Assembly: GCF_009914755.1 (NCBI RefSeq)
Contig: NC_060926.1
Direction: 5' to 3' (one strand)
Source of the DNA: the human T2T-CHM13v2.0 reference genome, Homo sapiens
Length of the DNA stretch: 64,000 nt
Of the stretch, positions 13,611-29,989 are shown one piece after another (position 1 is the first letter of the stretch; every line of letters begins with the position of its first letter). Under the pieces are notes generated by a model. It was not told where the DNA came from. It worked only from the letters and a program-made list of their open reading frames with translations, and ran no database searches. The position numbers and the translations under genes are program-made.

Positions 13611-15673
13611 GGGTTTCAGAGGAAATGAGATCCCACAGGAAGCCATTAACAGGGTTGCCAGGAGTTTCTAATCCCCCTTTTGTGAGTCTCTCTTTCATTA
13701 CCAGGGGGCTGATGGCAGGAAGAAGAAAAGTCAGGACCACATAACCTAGCACTGCCCCTTTGGGTATCTGTGGGCCTTTTTCTCTGCTAGCTCAAAAGAA
13801 TGTCAGTGTCCAAGACCCTGAGTATTGGTGATTTCTCCTGCTTATGACATCACAGACTACCTTCTGTTCAAGGAAAAAATTTCTCTCTGTAAGTGTACCA
13901 TCTGGTGTCTGGTAGAGCTTGGCAAATTAGAGTCTTTTATAGCACTGTGTTTTTATAATGTGACATGAGGCCTCAAAATTACATTAATATCTCCAGTGCT
14001 GCAATTATATTAGTCCAGGGTCAAGTCCGTCTCTCTAATGAAACAGTGTTGATGAAGAATTTCATTCATAAAATGTTGAAATGGCCTCCCCAGCTCTCAC
14101 TGAGCTAGCCAGAGAAATTTCCTCTAGGCCCATAGAGACTATGTTTAGTCTCAATCTGTGACCCATCTTCCATCTCCATTTTCAGAAGAAAGTGTTCCTT
14201 CATAAGCTAGGTATCATTTCCCCTTTTCTTTGATGCACCAACATGTTTTCTAGCAGGAGATCCAAGAACGTTCATCAAGTGTACGTTGAAACCATGAAAC
14301 CTTTAGGTTTAAAGTGCACTTTGTCCACACCAGGGTAAAGAAAGAGTTAAGTTTAAAAAAAAAAAAAAAACCAAAAAGGAAAGTTTGACAAGTGAGACTC
14401 ATTCACTTCCTCTCTCTCTAGCTCTCCTGGTTGTGAATTTGACCAAGAGTAAACTTAAGTGTCTTCAATTAACCCTTCCAAGTAAAAGAGTGCCTCCCCT
14501 GCTTCCAAGGGCCCAGGAAAGCCGTGAACTTGGGTTACTTGCAGGGGCTGTTGTTTCCCTTGGAATAAAAAATGTTTGAGGCTCAAACCTGACAGCCGAA
14601 GAAAAAGGGAATTATGAACATAATATCACAGTTTATACACTTAGCAAGTTTTGAGAGTGTTCTCTCATTTCCTCTATTTTCTGTGTGTCTTTCACACATG
14701 CATGCACACTGAAATAAGCCAGCCTAAATATATTGGCAAAGTCACACTCAGGGTGTGTTGTAGTTCTTAATTGAAGCCATTAGAAAACAAAAAACCAAAA
14801 CATTCACTGACGACAACAGAGCTCCTCCTCAGGATTAAACTCTCCTCTGTTTTAAAAGGAAAAAAATCTGAAGCAAAGGGTTAAATTATTTGCACAATTA
14901 ATGTCCTACAAATCATCTGAAAAAAATGCGAGCCCTAAGTCTGCCTTCCAAAGCTGGGAAAATGCTAACTATGGTCTCTGTCTCCAAACAGGCAGCTTTT
15001 AAATGATCCTAAATACCAAAACATGCCCAGGCTCTATTTCTTCAGTGCTGAAGCTGAAATTTACAACATAACCAACCTCAAAACATTTGGTTTCCAGCAG
15101 TGCCTGGATATGTCCAAGCCTGATTTTGCACAAGTCTAGGGTAAAAGAACAGAGGAATCCAGGAGAAGCAATAAATTGGGTGGACTAGGGAGGGGGTAAG
15201 AGAGGTAATTGGTGAGGATAGAAGAGGCATGAAGTCTAACAAAATTCAAATGGTAGCCTAAAAAAAAGTCTCCTAAAGGGTTAGAAAGAGACACTATAGT
15301 ATTAAAAGTTATTTTTCAGAAAAAGAATAAAATTATGATTCACATACAAATATAAAAATGTACACGTTGAAGAATTTATTTACTCCTGATACCAAGAAAC
15401 CAGGCAATAGTTCAAAGGAAAAGTCAAAAACACACAAATTCTTACTGAGTGAAGGAATGTAGAGATGAATTGCAAATGGAGATTAAATTGCTTTTTTTCC
15501 CAAAAGGGGAGGAAGTCAATTAAATCACTATCAGACAAGACATAATTTACATATCTATCGGTTACTTCCAATTTACAGAGCCTTGCAAAATAGCTCAAAG
15601 ACAATGCATAGTAGAATCTGATAGCCCTGACAGCTTTGCTGTAGACAATGCATAGGTTTACACTGAAACACCA

Positions 15674-16047
<374 letters not shown>

Positions 16048-17450
16048 TGAGCCCTCCCATAGAGGACAATGTCATGGAGAGGTTAAAACCCTTGAAGAGG
16101 CAAGGTAGAGGGTATTGTCAAGGATGTCCAAAGCAAGCGTTGGCCAGATAGCAGCACACAGCCTAGTAATTTTATTATCTATTAAATTTGGTCACTTCAC
16201 ACACACCTTAGCACAATGTAGGATCAGAATATGAAAGTTAGGGTCACTGAGCTGTTCTTAAAGTTTGTGATCCTAGTGGCCATCACTAGGTGGGCTGCAA
16301 AAGATCCAAGACTCACCCCCATCCATACATGCAAATGTTATGTGTGTGCCTAATGAAACTGCATTTTTCTGGGGATGGTTCTAGAATGTTCATGACATAG
16401 ATGTCCTATGCCTCTACATTATACAAAATACACATCTAAATCTAGTCATAATGAACATAATTGAAATCTGGCTACCTTCATAGAATTTTTAAAGGGCTTT
16501 TTTTGGAAGGAAACATTTTAATTGCTCACATCACTTCAATTAAAAGAAAAAAAGGCTAAGAAATGTGAACAGTGCATTCCTTTTCCCTGGATAAATCACC
16601 CTGCAACAAGTGCAGGCATTCCAAATCATTCCCTTTTCCTTCTAAAGTGAACCATCGAGGCATCCAAGAGTTGAAAGGCTAACAGAGGCCTTCAGTAGTG
16701 CCAATGTGAGGACCAGGAATATGGCTCAATCCCTGAATTTCTTGTGTTTCTCTTTCTACTCCCTCTCCCTCTCTCACCCCATCCCACTCCAGCAACACAG
16801 ATATCACTGGGGGCCTTATGAGAGTTGGAGTGGGTAGAAAGAAAGTCCTCCTTCCTCTCAGCTAACTAGCAAGGGAGGCCAACACGACTGAATGGAAATC
16901 AGACCTAAGGCTCTTTTTTAGGACTTCAGCTGTTCCAAGTCACTTCTGCCTCCCAGCTGTTGTGATCATCTGGGGCTGGTCGTGGAGCCCCAGCTGTAAA
17001 AACTAAGTCAATGAATAAGTGCATAAAATTGACAAAGGGTGAGACCTGAGACTGAACCACAGGTCTTATAGTCAAGAAGTGCATCTGTTCCTCACCAAAT
17101 ATCATCAGATCAGCCCAAAGCTCTGTGTGAGGTCAGACCTGGAGCTTGGCATTTAAGATAAGGGCTAATCTACAAACCACAGGCAGCTCCCATCTGACAC
17201 AGGCAAGCCGGGGTCAGGGCCAACCAGGAACCAAACCTGGGGTAGTAGGTGTTCCTTGAGGCAGAGGGAGAAAGGATGGAAGGGACTGACAAATATGTTC
17301 TGAGTGCTCCTCTTCTCGGGGGACACACTATGTGTACCCCACTACAAGGCCACTATCTGCTTTAGGAACAAACTTGGCATTAAATATACCCACCATTACA
17401 ATAACATACAGAATGTCTCTCAAAACCTATATGTAGAATGTACAACACAA

Positions 17451-17836
<386 letters not shown>

Positions 17837-17901
17837 TTATCAATTGTAACAAACTCAAATGAACCATACTCATCCAAGGGGTTAATAATAAGGGAAACTA
17901 G

Positions 17902-18262
<361 letters not shown>

Positions 18263-18321
18263 TAAACCTAAAACTGCTCTTGAAAAATAGTCTATTAATT
18301 AAAATTAAAAAGTAAATCTCA

Positions 18322-18614
18322 GGCCAGGTGGCTTACAACTGAAATCCCAGCACTTTGGGAGGCTGAGGTGGACAGATCACTTGAGCACAAGAGTTCAAGA
18401 CCAGCCTGGGCAATACAGTGAGACCCTGTCTCTACAAAAAAATGCAACAAACTAGCTGGGCGTGGTGGTGTGCACTTGTAGTCCCAGCTACTCAGGAGAC
18501 TAAGGTGGGAAGATCACCAGAGCTCGGGAGATTGAGGCTGCAGTGAGCCATGACTTCACCACTGCACTCCAGCCTGGGTGACAAAGTGAGAAGCTGTCTC
18601 AAAAAAAAAAAAAA
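18322..18614 (+). mobile_element. AluJ
   Basis: J-type motifs cttgagcacaagagttc, gagattgaggctgcagtgagccatga; poly-A. Confidence 0.9.
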
Positions 18615-18737
18615 GGTACACCTAGCGTCTTCTCAGAGCCTCTGGATTGGGTACTTAGTGGCTGCTACCACCAAGTGAGACAGTGGGGACAGAGAAAGAG
18701 CAAAGTTTGAGGGAAGAGGATAGTAAAGGGAACATTG

Positions 18738-19332
<595 letters not shown>

Positions 19333-20139
19333 GGAGGTTTGGCCATGGTGAATCCAGGGAGTGTAAAGGACACATAGATAGATATATCTTCTAGACAGAG
19401 GACAGAAGAGTCAGAATTTGGGCTGCAAATACATGATGGGAGTCATCAACATATAAACCCATTGAACACCATATATGGATGAGAGTTTTCTCTTCAGCAG
19501 CTGTGAGGAGTTGGGATGACCACACGCAGTGCCTCCTTCCTTGTTCGTGAGCACTCAGTGCAGGGCAACTGACAGCAATTAGGACGGGGAGACACGAAGC
19601 CTCCCCCCGCCGCAGGAATTGCTACTGCAGATCTTCCCTTCTTGTGGAACACTGTGGTCTCTGTGGGTGAGGGAGATGCTCTGATTCATCGTCCACAGGG
19701 CTGTAGTATTTTGATGCTGTAGTCCAATAACTGTATTTTCTGTCCATATTAGGCCGAGAGTAGGGGCGTCCTCCAGGGTTGTATAAACCATCAGTAGCCA
19801 ATTCATTTGCACCTGCTACATTATCCACTGATGACTTCAATCAGCTAAGGCAGCCAAGCAACAAGAGGCACTACGTGGGCAAAACGTTGAGTCATCCGCA
19901 TATCTGCCCTCTGAACACACGAAAATACCCCCACTGTGCATCCTGAGTAACATTTGTGCCAGGTTCCCAGGCAAACTTCCTCCTGAGCTTCCTCCTCCAC
20001 TCTTCCCTGCTCCAGGCACTGAGCCCTACCCACTCTCAGCCTCTCAGGCTTAAGGGCCGAATCATCCACTCTCAGAGCTTAAAGGAAAAAAAAGAGGAAG
20101 GAAGCAGTGAGACTTGATTTGTAACAGCCCTAACTATGG

Positions 20140-20530
20140 AGCTGGAAGATCTGGGTTCAGATGGCAGCCTGGGTTCCCTAGTTGCATAGTAGATCTCATC
20201 TTTCTGAGCTTACACTTCTTCAGCCGTAAAATGGAGATGATAATATTAACTGCTGCTGCTGATCTTTTGACAATTGAGATAATGTATTTTTCAAGGGCCT
20301 ACCATATACTAAGAGCTAACATTTTTGAGTGTTTACATTTTATCGGATACTCTTCCAAACCATTTACACATTTGTTAACTCATTTCATCTTTATAACACC
20401 CTACGATAATCCCAAGGCACAATTATCTTTATTTTATAAGTGAAGAAACTAAGCCACAATGAAGTTAAGTAAATTGTTCAAGGCCCCAGAACTAGAAAGT
20501 GGTAGAACCACAATTTTCCGCCACTCAAAA
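20140..20530. mobile_element. Two MIR fragments (+ ~20140-20250; - ~20310-20530)
   Basis: gtaaaatggagatgataata; ttttataagtgaagaaactaag...gttaagtaaattgttcaagg. Confidence 0.6.
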
Positions 20531-20557
20531 GTGGGCTGACCCTCTTCGTATTTACAT

Positions 20558-20742
20558 CAGGGGTTCTCAGAATGTGGTCTTCAGGCCAGCAGCAGCAGCA
20601 GCGGCAGCAGTAGAAACTTGTTAGAAATGATCTCAGGACCCACCCAGAGCTACAGACAGAAATTCCAGGGGCGGGCAATGGCAAACTGGGTTGACAAGCC
20701 CCCCAGTTGATTGTGATTTTCAGCCAAGTTTGATAACCTCTG
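20558..20742. mobile_element. MER5A
   Basis: caggggttctcagaatgtggtc...ccagcagcagc...aacttgttagaaatg...aagtttgataacctctg. Confidence 0.75.
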
Positions 20743-20827
20743 GCCTACACTTTTCCTTCTACCTCCATGGCAGATGACAATTGAACAAATTAGACCCCTT
20801 TTCCTCCCAACACCCACTATGTATTAG

Positions 20828-21019
<192 letters not shown>

Positions 21020-21579
21020 TAGAGATTGGTTTTCTCACCCCCATTCTATAGATAGGAGACCTGGACAAGGGGAGGAAGGTGTGGGCCCTTGTACAGGCCA
21101 TACAGCTAGTAATGTCCCACTCCAATGTCGCACTCCCCGGCTCCTACAACACAAGGCATTCCTCAATGCTGGCTGTGTCCTGTCATCCCCAGATCCCTGC
21201 CTCACTCCCTCACTCCATTCCCCAGCAGGGACCCTGGGCCTCTGCAGGCCTCGAACCACCGCTCCTGGCTATGAGGTCCGTCCTGGTTCTAGGGCTGTAA
21301 CCCCAAGTCAGCTTTATCCAAGCTGCTCTGTGATCTTCTGTTCTAGGGCAAGCACTAGAGATGACTCCCATGACCAAGCCTTCACCCCATAGCCCCTCCG
21401 GCCCCAGGGGACCAATCTGGTGTCCCTTTAGTTTGGGCCATCTCATGAGTTCTCCAGCCCCTTAGTGCCTTGAGCTTGGTTTTTTGGGGTCAATCCCTTC
21501 AAGTTGTGGAGAAATGCCCCTGGGCCCCAGACCCCAGCAGGGTCCCCATGTCTCCTTCCCGACCATACATCCCTGCCAG

Positions 21580-22082
21580 TGTTAGGAATAACGCTCAAAA
21601 TCCTAAGGAAATTGAACACTTGAACAAAGGATTCTTAGCAAAGAAATTTTACTTCTGCGCAGAGGGGTGCCTCCTTGGCCAGTCGCCATGAAAGCACACC
21701 TGTAGGAAGGGGCACAAGAGCCTTTATTCCTGATGCAAGTCCTGCCCCTATACCCTTTCCCTATTGGCCAGGGTCAGGTCGTACAATCTAAACTAATCCC
21801 GGTTGGCTAAACATTTGATTTTTTTAGATAAGGTGGGCACATAAAAGAAAGTGGAGGGGAAGGGGGAGGGGTGTCTGTAGTGAGCTAAAAAGTGAGTCCT
21901 CTTTCCAAATAAGGAAAGGAGTGTGAGCTGGTACTGATAACGCCTGGTACTGTGGCGTGCCTGGGCATCTAACAAAGGCAAAAAGGGGAAAAGGAGAAAA
22001 GGCAGGGGCGTGGGGGGTACTATGAATTAAAGAATAAAAGATTGATGAGATTATTTGAAGAGAAAGCTCATCATATCCCAAA
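21580..22082 (-). mobile_element. ERV1 solo LTR, LTR10 family (LTR10B-like)
   Basis: Minus strand begins tttgggatatgatgagctttctcttcaaat and ends cctaaca; 4-bp TSD ccag at 21576-21579 and 22083-22086. Confidence 0.75.
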
Positions 22083-22966
22083 CCAGTTTCCTACTTCTGG
22101 TCACCCAGCCCCATCACTCTTCACAGTCAACACTTACTGTCACTTTTGCTACTCCCCAACCCCGACAGTGATTCCCACCTATTCTCTGACTCCCTTAGGA
22201 CATTAGGTGCCTGAAACCCTGTCCCTGAGACCATCATTATCTCAAACCCCCCTCTGTCTTCTAGAAAGGATCCCTTTGCCCAAGAGTTAAGGCAGGTTTC
22301 CTCTGGGCCTCAGAAGATGCTGCCATGTCATGAGCTCAACCAGAGGCTTCACTGACTGGGGAAACAGACTGGAGGAGCACGCCTGCCTGCCTCTGGGAGC
22401 CCCCGGCCCACCCTGCAGGGCTTGAAGAGGTCTTTTCACCCAGGCCCTTCCCTTTCACCCACTGTGCTCCTGGCCTTGGTCCTCTCTGCAGTGGGACTTT
22501 AGCAGTGGCCCCCTTAGGAGCCTCCAACGTGATACTCACACATTCTTTGTGGATCCAGAGTCAAGGCTGGGTCTGGATACAGGAAGGTCAGGGCCTCCAG
22601 GATGTGTGCTGAAGCACTCTGTTAGGTGGCCTGAGGGCCAACCCAGAATGAAATTTATCAGGACCATCTTGCAGCTTTTAGCAGATATCGGGGTCATTGC
22701 CTACCACACTGTGGAAAGACAGGAGGGAGGCTCTTAAATTACCCCCTCTGATGTTCCTGGAGAGGGAGGTAAGGAAGGAACATGCTCTTTGCCCAAAGCC
22801 ATGTGAGTTAGAACCCAGACTCTGTGGGTTCTAACTCTGAACACCCTGTCTCCACTAAGTCTTGTCTGGGAGCTGGAGCACCCAGGTGAAGCCAGGGCAT
22901 TTCCAAGGGGGAAGCTTGGCTGCCTGCCCATGAACTTGGGCCTGTGGCTCCTGTAGCCTGGAGGCA

Positions 22967-22984
22967 GGGTGGGATGGGGAAGGG
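22967..22984 (+). other. Canonical G-quadruplex motif
   Basis: GGG-t-GGG-at-GGGG-aa-GGG. Confidence 0.55.
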
Positions 22985-23145
22985 CACAGGCTCTGGGGGC
23001 ACAGAGACTTGAGTTAGAAGCCTGATTTAGCCCTTTTCCTAGCTGTGGGAATTGGGCAAGCCATGCAATCCCCCAGGTCACCATTATGCCACCTGGATAT
23101 AGGGGAGAAACATCTGTTTTATAACATTGTTTAGAGGACTCAAAA

Positions 23146-23765
23146 TATTTCGTGTGTACAGTATTTCATGTGTGTACTGTGGCTCACACACTCACCTCCC
23201 TGTATTTCGTGTGTACAGTATTAAATGTATGTACTGTGGCTCACACACCTGCCTATATTTTGTGTGTACAGTATTTCAAGTGTGTACTGTGGCTCACACA
23301 CTCACTCCCTGTATTTCATGTGTACAGTATTTCATGTGTGTACCATTGCTCACACACTCATCTCTCTGCATTTCGTGTGTACAGTATTTCATGTATGTAC
23401 TGTGGCTCACACACCTTCCTGTATTTTGTGTGTACAGTATTTCATGTGTGTACTGTGGCTCACACTCTCACCTGCCTGTATTTTGTGTGTACAGTATTTC
23501 ATGTATGTACCACTGCTCACACACTCACCTCCTTGTATTTCATGTGTACAGTATTTCATGTGCGTACCATTGCTGACACACTCACCTCCCTGTACTTCAT
23601 GTGTACAGTATTTCACGTGTGTACCACTGCTCACACACTCACCTCCTTGTATTTTATGTGTACAGTATTTCATGTGTGTACTGTGGCTTACACACTCACC
23701 TCCCTGTATTTTATGTGTACAGTACTTTGTGTTGTATACTGTTGCTTACACGCTCACCTCCCTTG
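23146..23765 (+). repeat. Minisatellite, ~11 x 57 bp (53-57 bp units)
   Basis: Unit ~tatttcRtgtgtacagtatttcatgtgtgtactgtggctcacacactcacctccctg; starts at 23146, 23203, 23256, 23312, 23369, 23422, 23479, 23536, 23593, 23650, 23707. Confidence 0.97.
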
Positions 23766-24397
23766 CCCTTCATCTCCCCACTCTTGCTCATATATTCCCC
23801 TCTTTACTCCACCCCTATCCCCATTTGTGTTGATTCTAATCACTGGAGAAAGAGCAGAGCTCACAGCAGAACAGTCCTGACAGCAAGTAGGAGAACTTGA
23901 GCCATGTCAAGAGGGTCTGTTTCATCTGTTGGAAAGGTTAGGCCAAATGCAACCCCTACAGTGGGTGGCCAGGCAGTCTGGGTACCAGACCCAGGGCAAG
24001 GCTGCTGCTACCCATCTCCCCTGCTGCTTGGTGCAGCGTTCCAGGGCCCAAGCATTGACCTCCATACAGGCCACGCAGCCCAGGCCCCGGGTGACTGGGA
24101 AGCTGCAGTGGGAGGTGGCAGCTTCCTGCAGTGAGAGGGTCAAGATGGGAAGTTACAAACTCACAGGTGGGGGAAACTCAGTATTCAGAAGAATTACCTG
24201 CTGGAATGGGAGCTCTCTGAGATCAAAACTTTTCTTTGCGCCTGTACCTAGAGAAATGCCCATAGTAAGGGCCCATAAATAGCTCTTAAATTAATAAATG
24301 AATGAACAATTCATTCCTTCTTCAAAGTGTCCAGTGGATCCACTAATGGGTAGTTAGGAGACTTAGATAAGTTAATGATACAAAAGTATTTTGTCAG

Positions 24398-26346
<1,949 letters not shown>

Positions 26347-26959
26347 CTACCCTGGGGAAGCCAGGTGACACTAACGCCTGCCTGGGGGTGGGAGGCCCTC
26401 CCGGCCCCAGCCCAGCTCTGCCAAAAACAGCTGAGTGAGCTTGGGAAAGTTACTTTCCCTCTCTGGCCCTCAATGTCCTCAGCTGTGAAATAGAAAGGTC
26501 GGTTAGTTAAACAGAAAGATTACCTTTCAGCTCAGAAGTTCTGGGATTCCCAGTGTAACCTTGAAATGACCTGCTAGGAACAGGAGAGATATTATCAGGT
26601 CTCTCCTCAGGGCCTGTCTGATGAGATGGTTCAACAGAGCCACATACAGGAAAAGCCAAATTCACAGCAAACAGCTCAACATGAAAGCCCTGCTGAGTCC
26701 AGAGCCCCTGAGTGCAGCCAGCTGAGGGCCTTGCTCTTATTCCTGGGGCACCACAGGCCTTATAAGAAGTCTCCCAATGACAGTCTGAGATAATAGCCTG
26801 TCTGTGACAGAACAGCAGACATTGGCCTCTGTTATTCCCAGCCCAGGGAAGTAGTGTGAAGAATAGGCCTTTCTGGGAATGCAGGAGAGAAAATGTTCCC
26901 TCCCTCATCCCATCCCATCTCCTCATGTCCAGGCAAAGGAGAGAAAAACCAGGTGGCCC

Positions 26960-27240
26960 AGCAGCACTATTAATAGTGTTCAAACATTGGAGGCAACCCA
27001 AATACCCAACAATTAGGGAATGCTTAAACAAAGGATGGTATGTTGGGACCCTGGAATCCGGCGCAGCTATTAACAATGACAAGTATGTGGATTATGCACT
27101 GAAGTGTGTAATAGATAAAATAATGTCAAATAAAAAATGTTGAGAACCAAATAGCACTTGCATATCATTACAGTGATGCTAACATGTTTAGAAATTCCAT
27201 TGACAAGATTTGGAAAGAAATCGGTTGTAATGCAAACAGA
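26960..27240 (+). mobile_element. L1ME-like fragment
   Basis: gcagcactattaatag...ggaggcaacccaaatacccaacaattagggaatg. Confidence 0.6.
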
Positions 27241-29025
27241 GTTTGTGATTTATAATCTGAGCATAATTGAGCCACTGCTCCATTGAAGTTCTGTGTTAAG
27301 TGCTTTGGGGATTCAGAGAAGCCGATGGCTCAAGGCTTGTCCTGGGACGACCTTGCAGCATAGCTGGGGACACATCACCAAACATAAGACTAGGAGGCGA
27401 ACTCTGACTGAAGGCTGCTTTCACAATTATTCTGTCTGAAGATTCCTAGCTGAGGTATCAAGAGTCTAGGATGGAAGAGCTTTTACAAAACAGTCCTCCC
27501 AGGCTTCTTGTTGACAAGGGAGGCAGTTGCTAAGGCACATAATAAAACAAAGCTGGGGGCCGGCTGGAACCCCACCATGGCTGAGGCCCCCGCCTAGGGT
27601 AATTCCCTTGGACTTTCAAAGCTCCTGGGACCGTGTGATGGGCCTCAGCACCACGAACCCCCCTAAAGGCTGAGTGTCCCCAGGTGTGACTTCTGAAGTT
27701 TCCCAGCCTCCCACCAGCTCTTTGACTTCTGGAGCTCCTGGCCCTCCACCTTGGGGAGCCAGGCAGCTGGAGTAGAGATTCTCTGGGTCTGCTGTCAGGA
27801 GGGTACCCGCAAGCCAGAGTGAGCCACTGTGGGCAAGGCTGTCTGGACCCAGGCACCCTGGATGCTGACCCAGGCTCCACTTGCTTGCTGGTGGTCCCAG
27901 GCAGGGCACTTAATCCCCTGGGCCTCAGTTTGCATATATGTAGAAGGATCGCAGTGCATTACAAAGCGCCCTACGTTCACTAACGCATCAGCTCTTGTTA
28001 GGTTTGTTTACTGATGAAGAAACAAGTTCAGGGAGCCTCCGTGACTAATCCCGGGCCAGAGGCACTTCTTAAGGACACACAGTGGTCAATAGCTATTGGG
28101 TTTCTCCAGAGTCCAGTGTTCACTCTCAAAGCTGACCCAGCCCCAGCCTGGCCTCTGGGACCAAGGAAGGTGGTGAGGCTAAGGCCTTAGACACAGCTGA
28201 GTGACCATGCGGGAGTTCGAGGAAATTCTGTTTATTTAATAATACAGGCTGGCTTCTCTTGATTCAGAGAGCTTGGGGGCTCCTGGGTGGGAGGCTGAAA
28301 AGCCAGGCTCATTGTGTCATAATTGCATCACCCCCTTGTTGGCAATTAATTAGTTAATTACTGTGGGAGAGGCAGAACCAGGGCAGAAATGCCAACTCTA
28401 GGCTGGAAAAAGCATTTAAGCCGAGTAACTCTCATTTCCTGTGATATCAGACCTCATCTCCTGGGAGGAGGGTGTGGGGAGATGGGCTCCCAGGAGACCC
28501 CGGGTCCTAGGGCAACTGCACACCAGCCAATTTCCAGGACGGGAAGGCAGGAGAACAGACCTGAGTGTCCCCCAGAATGGCAGTGTCCAACCCCACAGGA
28601 GTTGGTAGCTGGGGTTTGGGTAACACCTAACTAGGTTAGTTGATTTTTGCTACTCTCCTCCCCGACCTGGGCTGAAGGAAGATCCTGCCTGCCGCCTGCT
28701 CCTCTCCCACCCTGTCCTCCTGGCATCTCCTGGTTCTCGGTACTTCATGACTGGAATCTCCAGAGGCAAAACATTCTATCTTCAAACTTCTTTGGGTGAC
28801 TGGCAGGGTGAATGGTGGTCACAAGAAACTGAAGGCCGAGACCTCAATCAATTCCTTGGGTTTTTAAAGAAATAGTTATCTTGGAGGGAGAAATGATCTC
28901 ATGAATGTTTTGAGACCCTTCTGTCTGTGCCCACGCCCCTCTACAACAAACAGATAAAGCAGCTGAATTTCTCTCTCCACCCCTCAGTCACGGCCTCACT
29001 CTGCTGCCTTCCATGCCCTAATAGA

Positions 29026-29162
29026 GATAGGTGACCAAATAATTTATCATCCAACCCAGGCAGCTTTGAAGAGCAAGAGGAGACAGTGCCCTTCCTCACT
29101 AAGCTGAGGCAACAGACATACACCACGACTGTCCCTGGAAAATGGGGATGAAGGGTTGCCTT
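29026..29162. mobile_element. hAT-Blackjack MITE (MER81/MER94-like)
   Basis: ggtgaccaaataatttatcatccaa...gactgtccc...gggttgcct. Confidence 0.5.
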
Positions 29163-29164
29163 CC

Positions 29165-29632
29165 CTAAGGAGGAAGTTCAAACTGGTTAGCACAGCACAC
29201 GGGACCCCTCAAGGCCGGCCTCACTGCAGCCTCATCTCCGCACGGACCAGCCCTGCCCTCCACCCTCCAGGCCCCAGGTTTCTTTCCGCTCCTGCCCACT
29301 CTCTCGCCTCAGCACCTGTGCATGAGCTGTTCCCTTGTCCAGCCCACACTCCCACCCGATCCCTCCCAGCTGACTCCAACTCACTCCAGCTACCAGCTTG
29401 AACAGCACTTCTTCCAGGAAGCATTTCTCACGTCTGGGTTAGACGCTCCTCTTGGTGTATCCATGTCTGCCTGACTGCCCCTTATCACAGACTGGTTCCC
29501 TCTTTTGGAGTGCCGGCTCGATGTCTCAGGTCAGCACTGGACAGTAGCTCCATCGGCACGGAGGACGGGCCGTCTTGACCACCTTGTGTTCCCAGAGCCT
29601 GGTGCTGACCAGGTGCTGTTGAATGAATGAAT
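29165..29632 (+). mobile_element. L2 3' end
   Basis: cacttcttccaggaagc...cccagagcctggtgc...gttgaatgaatgaat. Confidence 0.65.
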
Positions 29633-29989
29633 CGCTTTTCCACAACTTGCACCCAAAAATGTTCATTCTCACCGAGGTGGGGTATTTTCAGGTGAGAGGT
29701 GACAAAACCCATCTAGCATAAGCTAAAGGGATAGTATTCTCATGATGGATTTTGAATGTCAGTAACCCGTTTGGAAATCACCCCCATGTAAGTGGTGGCA
29801 AATTCCACTTAAAATGCACCCTGGTCTGGTTGAAGGTCCTGGTGGAAAAATTGGCCCAGTATTTTCGACATGGATGCACCTGCTTGTGCTTGTCTTATCA
29901 CGTATGAACTCTCTAGTCTCTGGGAATCCAAAGGGAATTAGCCTCACACTTGGAAAATTTTATTTTAAAATACTGACCTTTCGTTTCAA

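Noticed and set aside
14355-14370. Orphan poly-A as a processed-pseudogene tail
   Set aside because: No upstream AATAAA at the expected distance, no TSD and no recognisable coding remnant
19581-19921. CpG island or gene promoter
   Set aside because: CpG density and length are too low for an island, and no transcription start can be supported from sequence
23146-23765. CRISPR-like regular array
   Set aside because: Units are contiguous tandem copies with no unique spacers; no cas genes; primate DNA
23127-23880. Overlapping 149-242 aa ORFs
   Set aside because: Products of the 57-bp (19-codon) minisatellite; open in all three frames with repetitive peptides and no gene context
26507-27082. 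191-aa minus-strand ORF
   Set aside because: Starts in an L1ME-like fragment, has no recognisable domain and no supported splice or promoter context
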